A stretch of 60,971 nucleotides of DNA, filler included. It is 7 parts of 7 records of this genome, joined end to end, with 100 filler letters (N's around TTAATTAATTAA, not from the genome) between each part and the next. Parts side by side here need not be neighbours in the genome. Positions count along the whole stretch, not along the records: positions 29,653 to 39,063 come from DRR723986_11767; positions 39,164 to 49,845 come from DRR723986_11769; 5 more parts are not named here. One strand, given 5' to 3'. Positions within the stretch are counted from its first letter, which is position 1; the number at the start of each line of letters is the position of its first letter. Positions 30,252 through 39,838 of this stretch are shown in pieces. A model generated the notes under the pieces. It worked only from the letters and a program-made list of their open reading frames with translations, was not told the DNA's origin and did no database searches. The position numbers and the translations under genes were made by a program.

Positions 30252-31469
30252 ATGGCGGACCTGCTGGCCTCCGAGCAGCTGATGGGCTTCAGCGAAATCA
30301 TCGACACGGCGCTGTCACAGCAGCGCGAGATGCTGCACGCGCCCGACACGCGGAAGTCGGAGAAGCCGCTGCGCAACTTTTCCGTGCGCGAGGTCTCTCA
30401 CGCGCTGCGCGTGAAGTATAACAGCCTCCGGCAATACCTGAACACCCTTCCGGATATGCCCGAAGGCGTGCTGGAAAGCGGAAACCGCAAGTATTTCACC
30501 GCGGAAGAGGTCAACCAGATCCTCCAGACCCTCTTTCGCGAGGGCAAGATCGGTCTCGAGCGCTATCCCCGCCGTCAGCCGGGCGATCCGCAGGCGCGGC
30601 TGGTCGTGTACAACCTCAAGGGTGGCGTGGCCAAGACGTCCCTTTCGGTAAACCTCGCGCAGTTCCTGGCGATCCGGGGCTACCGGATCCTCTGCATCGA
30701 CCTCGATCCACAGGGCAGTTTCTCCGACATGTTCGACGTGTCCGCCGATCTCGACGGGCTCCCCTCGATCTATGACGTGCTGCGCTATGCCGACCCGGAA
30801 ACCGGAGAGGGGCCGATCGCCATCACTGAAGCGATCCAAGCGACCTATGTGCCCAACATCGACCTCGTCCCCGGCTCTATGTCGATGACCGAATTCGAGT
30901 ACGAGACCTCTGCCTCATTCCGCTCGGCCGATGGCACGCCCTTCCACCGCCGCATCTCCGACGCGCTGGCGCAGGTGGACGAGGCCTACGATCTGATCCT
31001 CTTCGACACGCCGCCCCATATGTCCTTCGCGGTGATCGCGGCGGTCTTTGCGGCGACGGGGATGCTGATCCCGCTGTCTGCCGGCATGCTCGACGTCGTT
31101 TCTCTGGCCAAGTTCCTTGAACTGGCGGCCGGCACCATGCAGGTGGTCGAACAGCATCAGGAAAAACGGTACGATTTCATACGCTTCGTATTGACCCGCT
31201 ATGCGGCGTCGGACCCGGCGCAATTGCAATTGTCGTCCTTTCTGCGCTCGCATCTGGGCAGCGCCATGCTGAAACACGACATGGTCAGCTCGACAGCCAT
31301 CGCGGACGCGGGCAACACGATGAATCCCCTGCTGGAAATCGAGCCCGGCAGTTTTCATCGCAAGACCTACGACCGCATCTTCGAATCTCTCTGCGGCGTC
31401 GCCGATGAGATCGACGGCGAGATCATGAAGTCATGGGGTCGCAAACCCTTCACCCGCGAGGATAGCTGA
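30252..31469 (+). CDS. repA: Plasmid partition ATPase RepA (ParA family)
   Basis: N-terminal HTH (FSVREVS...NRKYFT), deviant Walker A KGGVAKTS, IDLDPQGS, FDTPP. Confidence 0.92.
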   Translation: MADLLASEQLMGFSEIIDTALSQQREMLHAPDTRKSEKPLRNFSVREVSHALRVKYNSLRQYLNTLPDMPEGVLESGNRKYFTAEEVNQILQTLFREGKIGLERYPRRQPGDPQARLVVYNLKGGVAKTSLSVNLAQFLAIRGYRILCIDLDPQGSFSDMFDVSADLDGLPSIYDVLRYADPETGEGPIAITEAIQATYVPNIDLVPGSMSMTEFEYETSASFRSADGTPFHRRISDALAQVDEAYDLILFDTPPHMSFAVIAAVFAATGMLIPLSAGMLDVVSLAKFLELAAGTMQVVEQHQEKRYDFIRFVLTRYAASDPAQLQLSSFLRSHLGSAMLKHDMVSSTAIADAGNTMNPLLEIEPGSFHRKTYDRIFESLCGVADEIDGEIMKSWGRKPFTREDS

Positions 31470-32386
31470 TGGCCCGCAAATCCCGCCCCGTCTTCCCGTC
31501 GGCCACCGACCCGGCCGACAAGCCCAAGGCCCCACGCCGCGCCCCGATGTTCGCCAAAGGCGCCGCCAGTCTGGAAACCGCTGCGCGTTCGGCGGCGGCC
31601 GAGGAACGCATGTACCGCATGCTGCCGATCGAGCAGATTGACCCCTCGCCCATCACGGACCGGATCGATCTGTCCGAGGGGCTGGAGAGCCTCAAGCGCA
31701 GCCTTGACGCCGAGGGACAGCAGATCCCAATTCTCGTGCGACCCATCGCAGGCACGGACCGCTTCGAGATCGTGACCGGACGGCGTCGTCTGCGGGCGAT
31801 GACGGAACTGGGTCGCGATACCATTCAGGCCTTCGTACGAAAGATGAGCGACGAGGAGGCCTTTGTCGCTCAGGGCGTCGAGAACAACGAGCGGCTCGAG
31901 ACCTCGTTCATCGAGCGGGCCCGCACGATCCTGTCCGCGCTCGAGGCCGGGTTCACGCAACAGCAGGTCGAGCGGTTCGTCGGGGTCGATCAGTCGATGA
32001 TCAGCAGGATGAAATCCGTCTACACCGCCGTGGGCGAAGACCTCGTGCAGGCCATCGGTCCGGCGCGCGGCATCGGGCGCCGCAAGTGGGAAAGCCTCGC
32101 CAAGCGTGCGCGTGAAGCCAAGCAACCGCTGGCGCCCATGGTGGATACGGCCATCAACGAAAGCGCCGCGCGGTTCGAGGCCCTGTTGGCGCGACTGGAA
32201 GGGCTTGAGGCAGAGGGCAAGCGCAGCGCCCCCAAGCCCCCTGCCCCGCCGACAACTGCGCCGATCACGGCCACGCGCAAGGGGCGACAGATGACGATCA
32301 GGCTGGGCAAAGAGACGCCCGAGGGATTCCTCGACCACCTCGAGCAGCAGCTTCCGGCGCTGCTGGCCGCCTACAGGAAACCCTGA
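31469..32386 (+). CDS. repB: Plasmid partition protein RepB (ParB family)
   Basis: IDPSPITDR, GQQIPILVRP, GRRRLRA, ENNER..SFIERA, IGPARGIGR.KW; TGATG overlap with repA. Confidence 0.92.
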   Translation: MARKSRPVFPSATDPADKPKAPRRAPMFAKGAASLETAARSAAAEERMYRMLPIEQIDPSPITDRIDLSEGLESLKRSLDAEGQQIPILVRPIAGTDRFEIVTGRRRLRAMTELGRDTIQAFVRKMSDEEAFVAQGVENNERLETSFIERARTILSALEAGFTQQQVERFVGVDQSMISRMKSVYTAVGEDLVQAIGPARGIGRRKWESLAKRAREAKQPLAPMVDTAINESAARFEALLARLEGLEAEGKRSAPKPPAPPTTAPITATRKGRQMTIRLGKETPEGFLDHLEQQLPALLAAYRKP

Positions 32387-32446
32387 ACCGGACGAAACCG
32401 GTCAGGACAATAGAGCAGCAACAACGAACAGGAGCAGACGTCAGGC

Positions 32447-32499
32447 AAAAGAAAACCCTCCAAAGCCGAAGCCATGAAGGGTTCTCAGGGTTTGTAGCA
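32447..32499 (-). ncRNA. repABC counter-transcribed antisense RNA (ctRNA)
   Basis: Minus strand: GCTACAA, then stem GAGAACCCTTCA/TGGAGGGTTTTC capped by GGC-TTCG-GCT and followed by a U-tract; lies in the repB-repC gap, the canonical ctRNA location. Confidence 0.8.
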
Positions 32500-32504
32500 T
32501 CTCC

Positions 32505-32533
32505 TTGATACCCGGCAGATGATTCGCTTTCAA
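32505..32533 (-). promoter_or_regulatory. Sigma70-type promoter of the ctRNA
   Basis: TTGAAA-N17-TATCAA on the minus strand with a GANTC (CcrM) site at 32521-32525 in the spacer. Confidence 0.6.
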
Positions 32534-32571
32534 CACCGAACTTCGGTGAACGGTCGGATTTTGCCGTCTGA

Positions 32572-33672
32572 ATGACCATGACCAACGAAGATTTCCAGCC
32601 GCAGGGGGCCCCTTGTGGCGCGGCCCCCCTATTGCCCGACGATCAGCGGCAACGGCACTTCATCCTCGACCGCTGGCAGGTGCTTTCCGCGGTCAAATCC
32701 GTGTCCAGGCACCTTGGTCTCAGCGAACGCGAAATCACCGTGCTGACGGCTCACTTGTCCGTTCTTGCCAAGGGTCTGGTGCGTTCTGACACCGTGCTGA
32801 TCTCCTACGCCGGTCTTCCTACCCTGCTGGAGCGGGCGAACTGCATGGATGAACGGCGCTTTCGGCGGGGCGAAGCCCGACTGGAGGCGGTCGGGCTGAT
32901 CCGCCGCAAGCTTTCCGCCAATGCGCGGCGATTTCCAGTGCGCGACGGCAAGGGCAGGGTGGTCGATGGCTACGGCGTCGATCTCAGACCTCTGTTCGAA
33001 AGCCACCCTGCCCTTCTGACGTTACAGACAGAGATTGCTCGAATGGACGCCGCCCGCGCCGCGCTGAAAAGCTCCATCAGCGCGCGCCTGTCCGATCTGC
33101 GCAGGCATCTGGAAGCGGGTCTGGGACATATCCCTGATGAGGTTGCCGCTCTTGCACAAACCGTCCGCAACATCATGCGCCGCACAAGAATTTCCTTGGC
33201 GGAATTGACGGCGCTCGACCGCCAGGTTTCGGAGCAGGTTGCCGAAATGACCCCGGTTGAGGAACCTGGCCTGCCGGACGAATATGCCGGGGATGCCGGA
33301 CAAAATGTCCGGCACTCTGAACTCCAAAGAAAAGAAATTACATTGGGCGCGTCTCGAAGACCCACGGAGAACGCCGAAACGATCTGGATCTCTTGCGACA
33401 AACTGGCGGAGTTCCATGACGACGCGCCGCGAAACCTGACGGTCCTGTCTCAGAGACTCTACGAATTCGGAGGCTACCTCGGTCTTTCGGAGAATACGCG
33501 ACGGAGAGCCTTGGAAAGGTTGGGTCTGCCATCCAGCGCACAGCTTTTCAACGATATCGCTGCGAAGATCCTGACGATCTCGGATCCAGAAAGCTACGTG
33601 CTCGCGATCCTTTCCAGATGGCGCTCCCGTGGATATGACCGCGGTCATAAAAAGGCGATCGGCGTGTTATGA
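32572..33672 (+). CDS. repC: Replication initiator RepC (divergent)
   Basis: RWQV...LGLSEREITVL, GLIRRKLSANARRF..RD..G....YGVDLRPL correspond to RepC GLI.RRDS.NGKRY...FGFDL.PL; position after repAB and the ctRNA. Confidence 0.8.
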   Translation: MTMTNEDFQPQGAPCGAAPLLPDDQRQRHFILDRWQVLSAVKSVSRHLGLSEREITVLTAHLSVLAKGLVRSDTVLISYAGLPTLLERANCMDERRFRRGEARLEAVGLIRRKLSANARRFPVRDGKGRVVDGYGVDLRPLFESHPALLTLQTEIARMDAARAALKSSISARLSDLRRHLEAGLGHIPDEVAALAQTVRNIMRRTRISLAELTALDRQVSEQVAEMTPVEEPGLPDEYAGDAGQNVRHSELQRKEITLGASRRPTENAETIWISCDKLAEFHDDAPRNLTVLSQRLYEFGGYLGLSENTRRRALERLGLPSSAQLFNDIAAKILTISDPESYVLAILSRWRSRGYDRGHKKAIGVL

Positions 33673-34144
33673 CCGCGGTCATACGCAAGTCGATGAAGAG
33701 GCGCAGTCGGCACGGGAAAGCACTTCTGTCGGCGCCTAATGCCAGCCGCGCTGAATGCAGATCGAACCCGGCGCGGTCGGCGCAGCTTTCATCATCACCC
33801 GATGCGTTCGCTTGGAGACGACGGAGGTCTTGGCCCGCGCAGCGTTCGAAGACAAGCACGGCAAGGGAGCGGTCATCAGGCTTTCTGATGCCGACAGCCT
33901 TATCCGGCGCGAAATTACGCAAGGGCCGGGGCTCGTTACCATCCTCTTGGCGCCGGGGAACGGACGCCGTTCGGCAGGACTAGTCTGCGACAGATCGTGA
34001 TAGTGGACTCGTTTCGTCTGCACGTTTTTCGGGCAACCGCAACGCCGAGGCGCGATCTTTCGTAACAAATCCAACGTTTTCCCTCCCTTACACCTAAAAT
34101 ACAGTAAATTCACTTTGGGGAGGATCACTCTTCAAGGAACTGAC

Positions 34145-35701
34145 ATGAACGACAAGAACAATGGGACAGGCCAGACCACAGGGTGCGAATGCGACGCATG
34201 CGGAGAGCCTCTGTCCGAACGTATGCGCTATGGGGGCGTGACACGCCGGGGGATGCTTCTGGGCGGTACCGGGCTGCTGGGGGCAGGGGTGCTCGGGGCA
34301 GGCCTCGGCGCGCCGAAGCGGGCTGCGGCTCAGGAGCCTGCAGGCTTGCCCGCCCGCGGCGAGTTCGTGATCCGGAACGGCGTCGTGGTGACGATGGACG
34401 ACGCGCTTGGGTCGCAGGTGGGGTCGGACGTGCATGTGCGGGATGGTGAGATCATCGCCGTGGGTGCGGCGCTCGAGGTGCCGGCAGGGACCGAAGAGAT
34501 CGACGCCTCCCGTATGATCGTGATGCCCGGTCTCATCGACACGCATTTCCATATCTGGACCAGCCTGATGCGGAACATGCTGTCGCCCGGCAACGAGTAT
34601 TTCGCCATCAAGCGGGCATTCGTGCCGAACATGACTCCCGACGCCTTCTATGCCTCGGACATGCTGGCCTTCGCGGAATCGATCAATGCGGGCGTCACGA
34701 CGCTGCACAACTTCGACCACCATTGCCTGAGCGCGGAAACGGTCGAAGCGGAGATGCGGGCCCACGCCGACAGCGGTGTGCGGTCGCTGTTCACCTTCGG
34801 CCACCCGGACGGGCTGCCGGCGGAGCAGACCATTGACCTCGATCTGGCAGAGCGCATCCGCACGCAGTATTTCGGGGACTCGTCGCCTTTCGAGGGGCTC
34901 GTGACGATGGGGCTGAACACCCGTGGCCACGGCAACCTTTCCGAAGAGGTCTATCGCACCGAGGCGGACTATGCCTTCAAGCACGATATGATGTTTGCCA
35001 TGCATGGCGGGCAGAGCCGGCGCAATTTCGACCTTCAGCCGCTCAAGGACTGGGGCTACCTCGGGCCGAAGACGCTTCTGGTGCACATGGTTCACGCCAC
35101 CGCCGAAGACCGGGCCCTCATGGCCGAGACGGGTGCATCGCTGTCCTATTCCGTGCAGTCGGAATGGCGGCTTGGATCGGCCGGACACCAGGCCGAGCAG
35201 CTCGTCCACATGTTCAACGACAAGGTGAACGTGTCGTTCTCGTTCGACACCAACTCGCTGGCCCAGATTGACATGTTCGAAACCATGGCGAACGCCTGGT
35301 ACATGGGTATCCCCTACGCCGGGACGTCGACAGAGGGGCTGAACCCGCTGAACTTCGAGGACGTCATCCGCATGGCCACGATCAATGGTGCAAAAGCTCT
35401 TGGCATCGAAGCCGTGACCGGATCGCTGACCCCCGGCAAGCGGGCTGACATCATCCTCCTGCGCGCCGACGACCTGAACCTCGTTCCCTTCGGCTTTGTC
35501 GAGGGCATGATCGGACGCAACGCCCGCGCGTCGAATGTGGACACCGTCATCATCGACGGACGCATCATGAAGCGGGGCGGAAAGGTGACCGGGCTGGATA
35601 TCGGTCACATCACCGAAGAGGTCGCACGCGTGGCCTATGACGCGCGCGCCAAGATCGGCGGCCTCTACGCGCCGTCCAGCGACACGGTCCCGACGTACTG
35701 A
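34145..35701 (+). CDS. Tat-exported metal-dependent amidohydrolase (SsnA/AtzA-like)
   Basis: TRRGMLLG twin-arginine signal ending AAA-Q; MPGLIDTHFH, MHGG, VHMVH, SFDT, ATINGAKALG...GSL.PGKRAD. Confidence 0.88.
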   Translation: MNDKNNGTGQTTGCECDACGEPLSERMRYGGVTRRGMLLGGTGLLGAGVLGAGLGAPKRAAAQEPAGLPARGEFVIRNGVVVTMDDALGSQVGSDVHVRDGEIIAVGAALEVPAGTEEIDASRMIVMPGLIDTHFHIWTSLMRNMLSPGNEYFAIKRAFVPNMTPDAFYASDMLAFAESINAGVTTLHNFDHHCLSAETVEAEMRAHADSGVRSLFTFGHPDGLPAEQTIDLDLAERIRTQYFGDSSPFEGLVTMGLNTRGHGNLSEEVYRTEADYAFKHDMMFAMHGGQSRRNFDLQPLKDWGYLGPKTLLVHMVHATAEDRALMAETGASLSYSVQSEWRLGSAGHQAEQLVHMFNDKVNVSFSFDTNSLAQIDMFETMANAWYMGIPYAGTSTEGLNPLNFEDVIRMATINGAKALGIEAVTGSLTPGKRADIILLRADDLNLVPFGFVEGMIGRNARASNVDTVIIDGRIMKRGGKVTGLDIGHITEEVARVAYDARAKIGGLYAPSSDTVPTY

Positions 35702-35824
35702 CGATGCCGGCGGCGGGGACGGGTGCCCCGCCGCCGCAGCAAGTCGTGCTGAACTGACCGGTTCAGAGCGGACCAGCTGCGGCCCCTGTGTGCGCCGGAT
35801 CAGGACCAGCACGACAAGTGCCGC

Positions 35825-36124
35825 GACCAGGCCGACCTTGCGAAGCGTGCATTCATGCAGCCCCCGAACGTGTCCCGGGTTCTGAACGAATTGCAGACGC
35901 TGGGCTTGGTGACACGCGTGCCGTCCTCTCAGGATCAAAGGCGCGCGCGCGTGACACTGACCGCGCAGGGCAGGGCGGAAACGACCCGGATCGGACGGAT
36001 CATCGAAGCGGTGACAGGCGACTTGGAGGGCAAGCCCGAAGCCGCCGAATTCACCGAACTCAGGCGCCTTCTGGACGTGATCATCGACCTGCCGCAGCGC
36101 TACCCGGACATCGCGCGCTCCTGA
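35825..36124 (+). pseudogene. N-terminally truncated MarR-family (HpaR-like) regulator
   Basis: DQADLAKRAFMQPPNVSRVLNELQTLGLVTR...DQRRARVTLTAQG is a MarR HTH-wing; the frame closes at TGA 35750-35752 with no usable start or N-terminal helices. Confidence 0.6.
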
Positions 36125-36321
36125 GGCGGCCCGGCCGTTCAGAGGGTCCCTGCGGGAAGGGGGCGAGCAATCCGACGGTCCTTGGTCCGGAGTGTCGGGG
36201 ACGGTTTACCGAAACATTCGGGGTGGCCGTCGCGGCTTTGGTCCGACAGTGTGGTCCGGTACCGGGCAGATCCGACAAGGATGCCGGGCAGGGCGCGATG
36301 GGCAGAAGGGGAGGGGCTGGA

Positions 36322-37296
36322 ATGAAGGTGTCGGTGATCGGAGCGGGCGCGATCGGCGGTTGGCTTGCGGCAGGGTTTGCCCGGGCCGGGGCCGAGGTCT
36401 CGGTCCTTGCGCGCGGGGCAACGCTGGACGCGCTTCGCAGCGGCGGTCTGGTGCTGACGGATGACGACGGCGCGCAAGGATATCCTGTCGATGCCACCGG
36501 GGACGCCCGTGATCTGCGCGGCGCCGATATCCTGCTGCTGGCCGTGAAGGCGCATGACCTGCCACGGCTCGCGCCACGGATCGAGGCCGCCCTGTCGCCC
36601 GGAACGGTCGTCGTGGCGGCGATCAACGGGCTGCCGTGGTGGTTCTTTGCCGATTTCGGCGGGCCGGCAAAGGGGCTGCACCTGAACGCCTGCGATCCTC
36701 AGGGCGTGCTCGCCCGGACCGTTCCGGCATTCCGCACCGTCGGGGCGGTGATCCACGCCGCGAGCTTCGTCGAACGACCCGGCCATGTCAGGCTGGTCAA
36801 GGCGGATCGTGTCATCCTTGGCGATGCGGCCGGGGGCGCGCAGGCGGCATCGGTGGCCAGATCTCTCGCGGCGGGCGGTGTTCCCGCGGTGGAGGCGGAG
36901 GACATCCACCGCGAGGTCTGGAGCAAGCTTTGGGGCAATGCCAACATGAATCCTCTGTCCGCCCTGACGCGCGCCGATCTGACCCAGTTGCTGGACAGCG
37001 ACCATGTGCGCGGGCTGGCCGTCGCCATGATGCGGGAAATGTCCGACCTGGGTCGGCGGATCGGTCTGGAGGGCTTTGACGACGTCGAGGCCCGCATCGC
37101 CGCGACGCGGAAACTGGGCCCGTTCCGCACTTCGATGCTGCAGGATCTGGAGGCGGGTCGCCCGCTGGAACTGGCTCCGATCGTCGGAGCCATCGTCGAA
37201 CTCGGGCGTCATCTGGGCGTACCGACACCCATGACGGACGCCGTCTATGGCCTGACCGAACTGCTCGACCGGAATTCCGGCCGTCCCCAGGCATGA
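36322..37296 (+). CDS. Ketopantoate reductase (PanE/ApbA) family protein
   Basis: MKVSVIGAGAIGG, LAVKAH, NGLPWW, WSKLWGN...NPLSAL, TSMLQD.EAGRPLE; GGAGG RBS. Confidence 0.9.
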   Translation: MKVSVIGAGAIGGWLAAGFARAGAEVSVLARGATLDALRSGGLVLTDDDGAQGYPVDATGDARDLRGADILLLAVKAHDLPRLAPRIEAALSPGTVVVAAINGLPWWFFADFGGPAKGLHLNACDPQGVLARTVPAFRTVGAVIHAASFVERPGHVRLVKADRVILGDAAGGAQAASVARSLAAGGVPAVEAEDIHREVWSKLWGNANMNPLSALTRADLTQLLDSDHVRGLAVAMMREMSDLGRRIGLEGFDDVEARIAATRKLGPFRTSMLQDLEAGRPLELAPIVGAIVELGRHLGVPTPMTDAVYGLTELLDRNSGRPQA

Positions 37297-37365
37297 AGCG
37301 GGACTGTCCTGCGCCGGTGCCGGGCCATTGTTGCGTCCGTCGATTGGATGGGGCCCTCCGGCAGA

Positions 37366-37396
37366 TTGACTTTCAGTTAATAATATAGCTTATACT
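37366..37396 (+). promoter_or_regulatory. AT-rich promoter/operator island upstream of pcaH
   Basis: TTGACT...TATACT within an AT-rich patch in GC-rich DNA; the 19-nt spacer is atypical. Confidence 0.4.
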
Positions 37397-37474
37397 CCCT
37401 CAGGAGAGGGCGCTTGAGGTCGGGACTTCCGGCATTCGAAGCGTAGGGGGACGAAAGGGGAGGGGGCTCTAGCC

Positions 37475-38188
37475 ATGAACAACGCATCAGCCAAGCGGGT
37501 CTACGATCCCTTGCTACCCGGCGTCGAGCCGAGTGTGCCGATCGAAGGCTACACCAACACATGGACGCATACCCCCTCGCAAACGGCTTATCGCCGTCCG
37601 CTGACCCGGACAGAGGCGACGGGACCGCTCGACCTGTGGCGAAAGCTTCCTTGCGGGGACAGCAACCTCGCCTCATCTAGCAGCGGCAAGCTCGCACAGG
37701 GGCAGCTCATGCAGCTGTCCGGACGCGTTCTGGACGAAGATGGACGCCCGGTCGTGAATGCGGTGATCGAGTTGTGGCAAGCCAACGCGGCCGGCCGCTA
37801 CGCGCACGCCCTGGACAACCGCGAAGCGCCGCTGGATCCGAATTTCCTCGGTCACGGTCGCGTGCGGTCCGACGCGCAGGGCAACTACACCTTTCTGACC
37901 ATCAAGCCCGGCGCCTACCCGGTGCCGGTCCAGGATACCTGGTGGCGCCCGCCGCACATCCATTTTTCGGTCCTCGGGCCCAGTTGCATGTCGCGGTTGG
38001 TGACGCAGATGTATTTCCCGGGCGATCCCCTGAACGAATGGGACCGCATCCTGAATTCGGTCGGTGATCCGCTCGCGCGCCAGCGCCTCGTGGCGCGCCA
38101 GATCCACCCGAAGGAGATCGGGGACGATTTTCTGGGATACCAACACGATATCGTCCTGCGCGGACGGAACGCGACACCGGAGGCCTGA
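37475..38188 (+). CDS. pcaH: Protocatechuate 3,4-dioxygenase beta subunit (divergent)
   Basis: GRVLDEDGRPV, ELWQANAAGRY.H, DPNF.G.GR, TIKPGAYP, WRP.HIHFS, RLVTQMYFPGDP; both Tyr and both His iron ligands are present. Confidence 0.88.
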   Translation: MNNASAKRVYDPLLPGVEPSVPIEGYTNTWTHTPSQTAYRRPLTRTEATGPLDLWRKLPCGDSNLASSSSGKLAQGQLMQLSGRVLDEDGRPVVNAVIELWQANAAGRYAHALDNREAPLDPNFLGHGRVRSDAQGNYTFLTIKPGAYPVPVQDTWWRPPHIHFSVLGPSCMSRLVTQMYFPGDPLNEWDRILNSVGDPLARQRLVARQIHPKEIGDDFLGYQHDIVLRGRNATPEA

Positions 38189-38192
38189 CCGA

Positions 38193-38810
38193 ATGACCCT
38201 GTCCTCAGGAAGCCGCCGTTTCCCCCTGTCCCAGCACACGATCGGACCGTTCTTTCCCGCGGATTACTTCCGGCCCGGCGACAACGATCTCACCCGCCTC
38301 TCGGCCATGGCCGAGCCGACCCGGAACGGCGTGCCCTTCATCCTGACGGGTGGTGTCTACAAGGAGGGCGGCCTGCCCGTGGCCAACGCCATTCTGGAAC
38401 TCTGGCAGGCCGATGCGGAGGGCCGGTTCCGGCATCCCGAGGATCCCGAGGGCGATCAGGCCGACCCGGACTTTCTGGGCTGGGGCCGGTCGTGGTCGAC
38501 AGGGGAGGGGGCTTATTCCTTCCGGTCGATCCACCCCGGCGGATACACGCAGGACGGTGTCGGACGCGCGCCGCATCTGAATCTCTCCGTGATGGGGATC
38601 GGGCTCATGCGGACGGTGGAAACCACGCTGTTCTTCCCGGATTGCGCCGAGGAGAACGCGCGCGATCCGGTTCTGAACGTCGTGCCCGAAAGCCTGCGGC
38701 ACCTTCTGGTGATGCGCGACCTCGGCACTGCGGACGGAGTTCAGAATTACGGCTTCGACATCCTTCTGCGTGGACCACGCGATCGCGAAACGCCATTTTT
38801 CGAGACGTAA
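38193..38810 (+). CDS. pcaG: Protocatechuate 3,4-dioxygenase alpha subunit
   Basis: T.GPFF, ELWQADAEG, F.GWGR, RAPHLN, FDI.L.G...ETPFF; follows pcaH. Confidence 0.85.
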   Translation: MTLSSGSRRFPLSQHTIGPFFPADYFRPGDNDLTRLSAMAEPTRNGVPFILTGGVYKEGGLPVANAILELWQADAEGRFRHPEDPEGDQADPDFLGWGRSWSTGEGAYSFRSIHPGGYTQDGVGRAPHLNLSVMGIGLMRTVETTLFFPDCAEENARDPVLNVVPESLRHLLVMRDLGTADGVQNYGFDILLRGPRDRETPFFET

Positions 38811-39063
38811 GGCCCGCAAAATTCGTGGGCGATGCCCGGCGGCCTGCGAATGGGTGATCGGGGCCGACCTTCGCGGAAGACCGCTCCCGTCCTCTCCATG
38901 ACCGGCGTGGCCGTCCTGCGGACCGTTTCCCTCTGCCTGCAAAGGATCCCCACCCGGTGGTCGCGGGGCTGCAAGGCGGGCGGCTGGAGGCCACGCTGGC
39001 CGAGCGTCCCGCCATCGCCGCGACGGCGGTGAAGGACGACAGCGGCGAGGATCCGGGGGCGCT

Positions 39064-39163
39064 NNNNNNNNNNNNNNNNNNNNNNNNNNNNNNNNNNNNN
39101 NNNNNNNTTAATTAATTAANNNNNNNNNNNNNNNNNNNNNNNNNNNNNNNNNNNNNNNNNNNN
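39064..39163. other. Artificial contig spacer
   Basis: N run with TTAATTAATTAA. Confidence 0.99.
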
Positions 39164-39164
39164 G

Positions 39165-39404
39165 GCCCGCGCGTTCAGGTGGAAGCGGATGCTGGACTCG
39201 GGCGATTTCGTCACCATCGCAGAACTCGCCGAGCGCGAGGGCATCGCGCCCTCCTACATGACCCGCGTCCTGCGGCTCACGCTGCTCGCGCCTGACATCA
39301 TCGAGGGCATCTTGGACGGGAAGCAGGGGCCCGAAGTGACGCTGGCGCAAGTGCTGGAGCCGTTTCCGTCGGAGTGGCCAGAACAGCGGTGCATCCTCGC
39401 CTGA
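39165..39404 (+). CDS. Small HTH protein typically found after large serine recombinases of alphaproteobacterial prophage-like elements (5' truncated)
   Basis: ARAFRWKRMLDSG....IAELAEREGIAPSYMTRVLRLTLLAPDIIE.IL.G.Q...P..W.EQ pattern. Confidence 0.7.
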   Translation, partial: ARAFRWKRMLDSGDFVTIAELAEREGIAPSYMTRVLRLTLLAPDIIEGILDGKQGPEVTLAQVLEPFPSEWPEQRCILA

Positions 39405-39413
39405 AAGATGCAT

Positions 39414-39615
39414 TGGCGATCTCGATGTCTGATTTCAGGACACGGAAGCCGTGCTCGATATCCGGGAGGCCCTTATGAACTGAGACTCCCTCGGCGACTC
39501 TAAGATCCGGGCGTTGGTGAACAGCACGAGCTGACCACCAAAAAGTTCGGCTTCGGCCACGGCGTCCCAATCGACGGACCAGCTGAAGCGGTTGGACTTG
39601 AGATCAGCCTCCAGC
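39414..39615 (-). pseudogene. IS1634-family transposase remnant
   Basis: Frameshifted pieces ADLKSNRFSWSVD..AVAEAELFGGQLVLFTN and KGLPDIEHGFRVLKSDIEIA match the IS1634 C-terminal catalytic region (IERGFRVLKS). Confidence 0.65.
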
Positions 39616-39838
39616 CTTCCCTCAGAAACAGTTTAGCCGGGTCGCTGGACGCGACATCTACTGCGTAGGTATGGGTGTGGGTGGCTGTAGGCCATGCAAT
39701 GCATGCTTCCAGAAGCTGCCCTTTTTTGGTTTCGCTTACCTGCAGGATCTTTTACCGCTTCCGGCTTGCTCAGGCCAAACCTGTAACTGGTCTCAGAATC
39801 CCTTGATGCAGATGAAATCCGCGGGTTCTTAGCATGCT

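Noticed and set aside
33755-34000. Short ORF with AAFEDKHGKGAVIRLSD, reminiscent of the RecA N-terminal oligomerisation segment
   Set aside because: The similarity covers about 15 residues, there is no RBS and the rest is unrecognisable; likely chance.
34094-35938. 614-aa minus-strand ORF
   Set aside because: Antisense shadow of the amidohydrolase.
38860-39063. Possible pcaB or acyl-CoA ligase fragment after pcaG
   Set aside because: No convincing motif in any frame before the contig ends.
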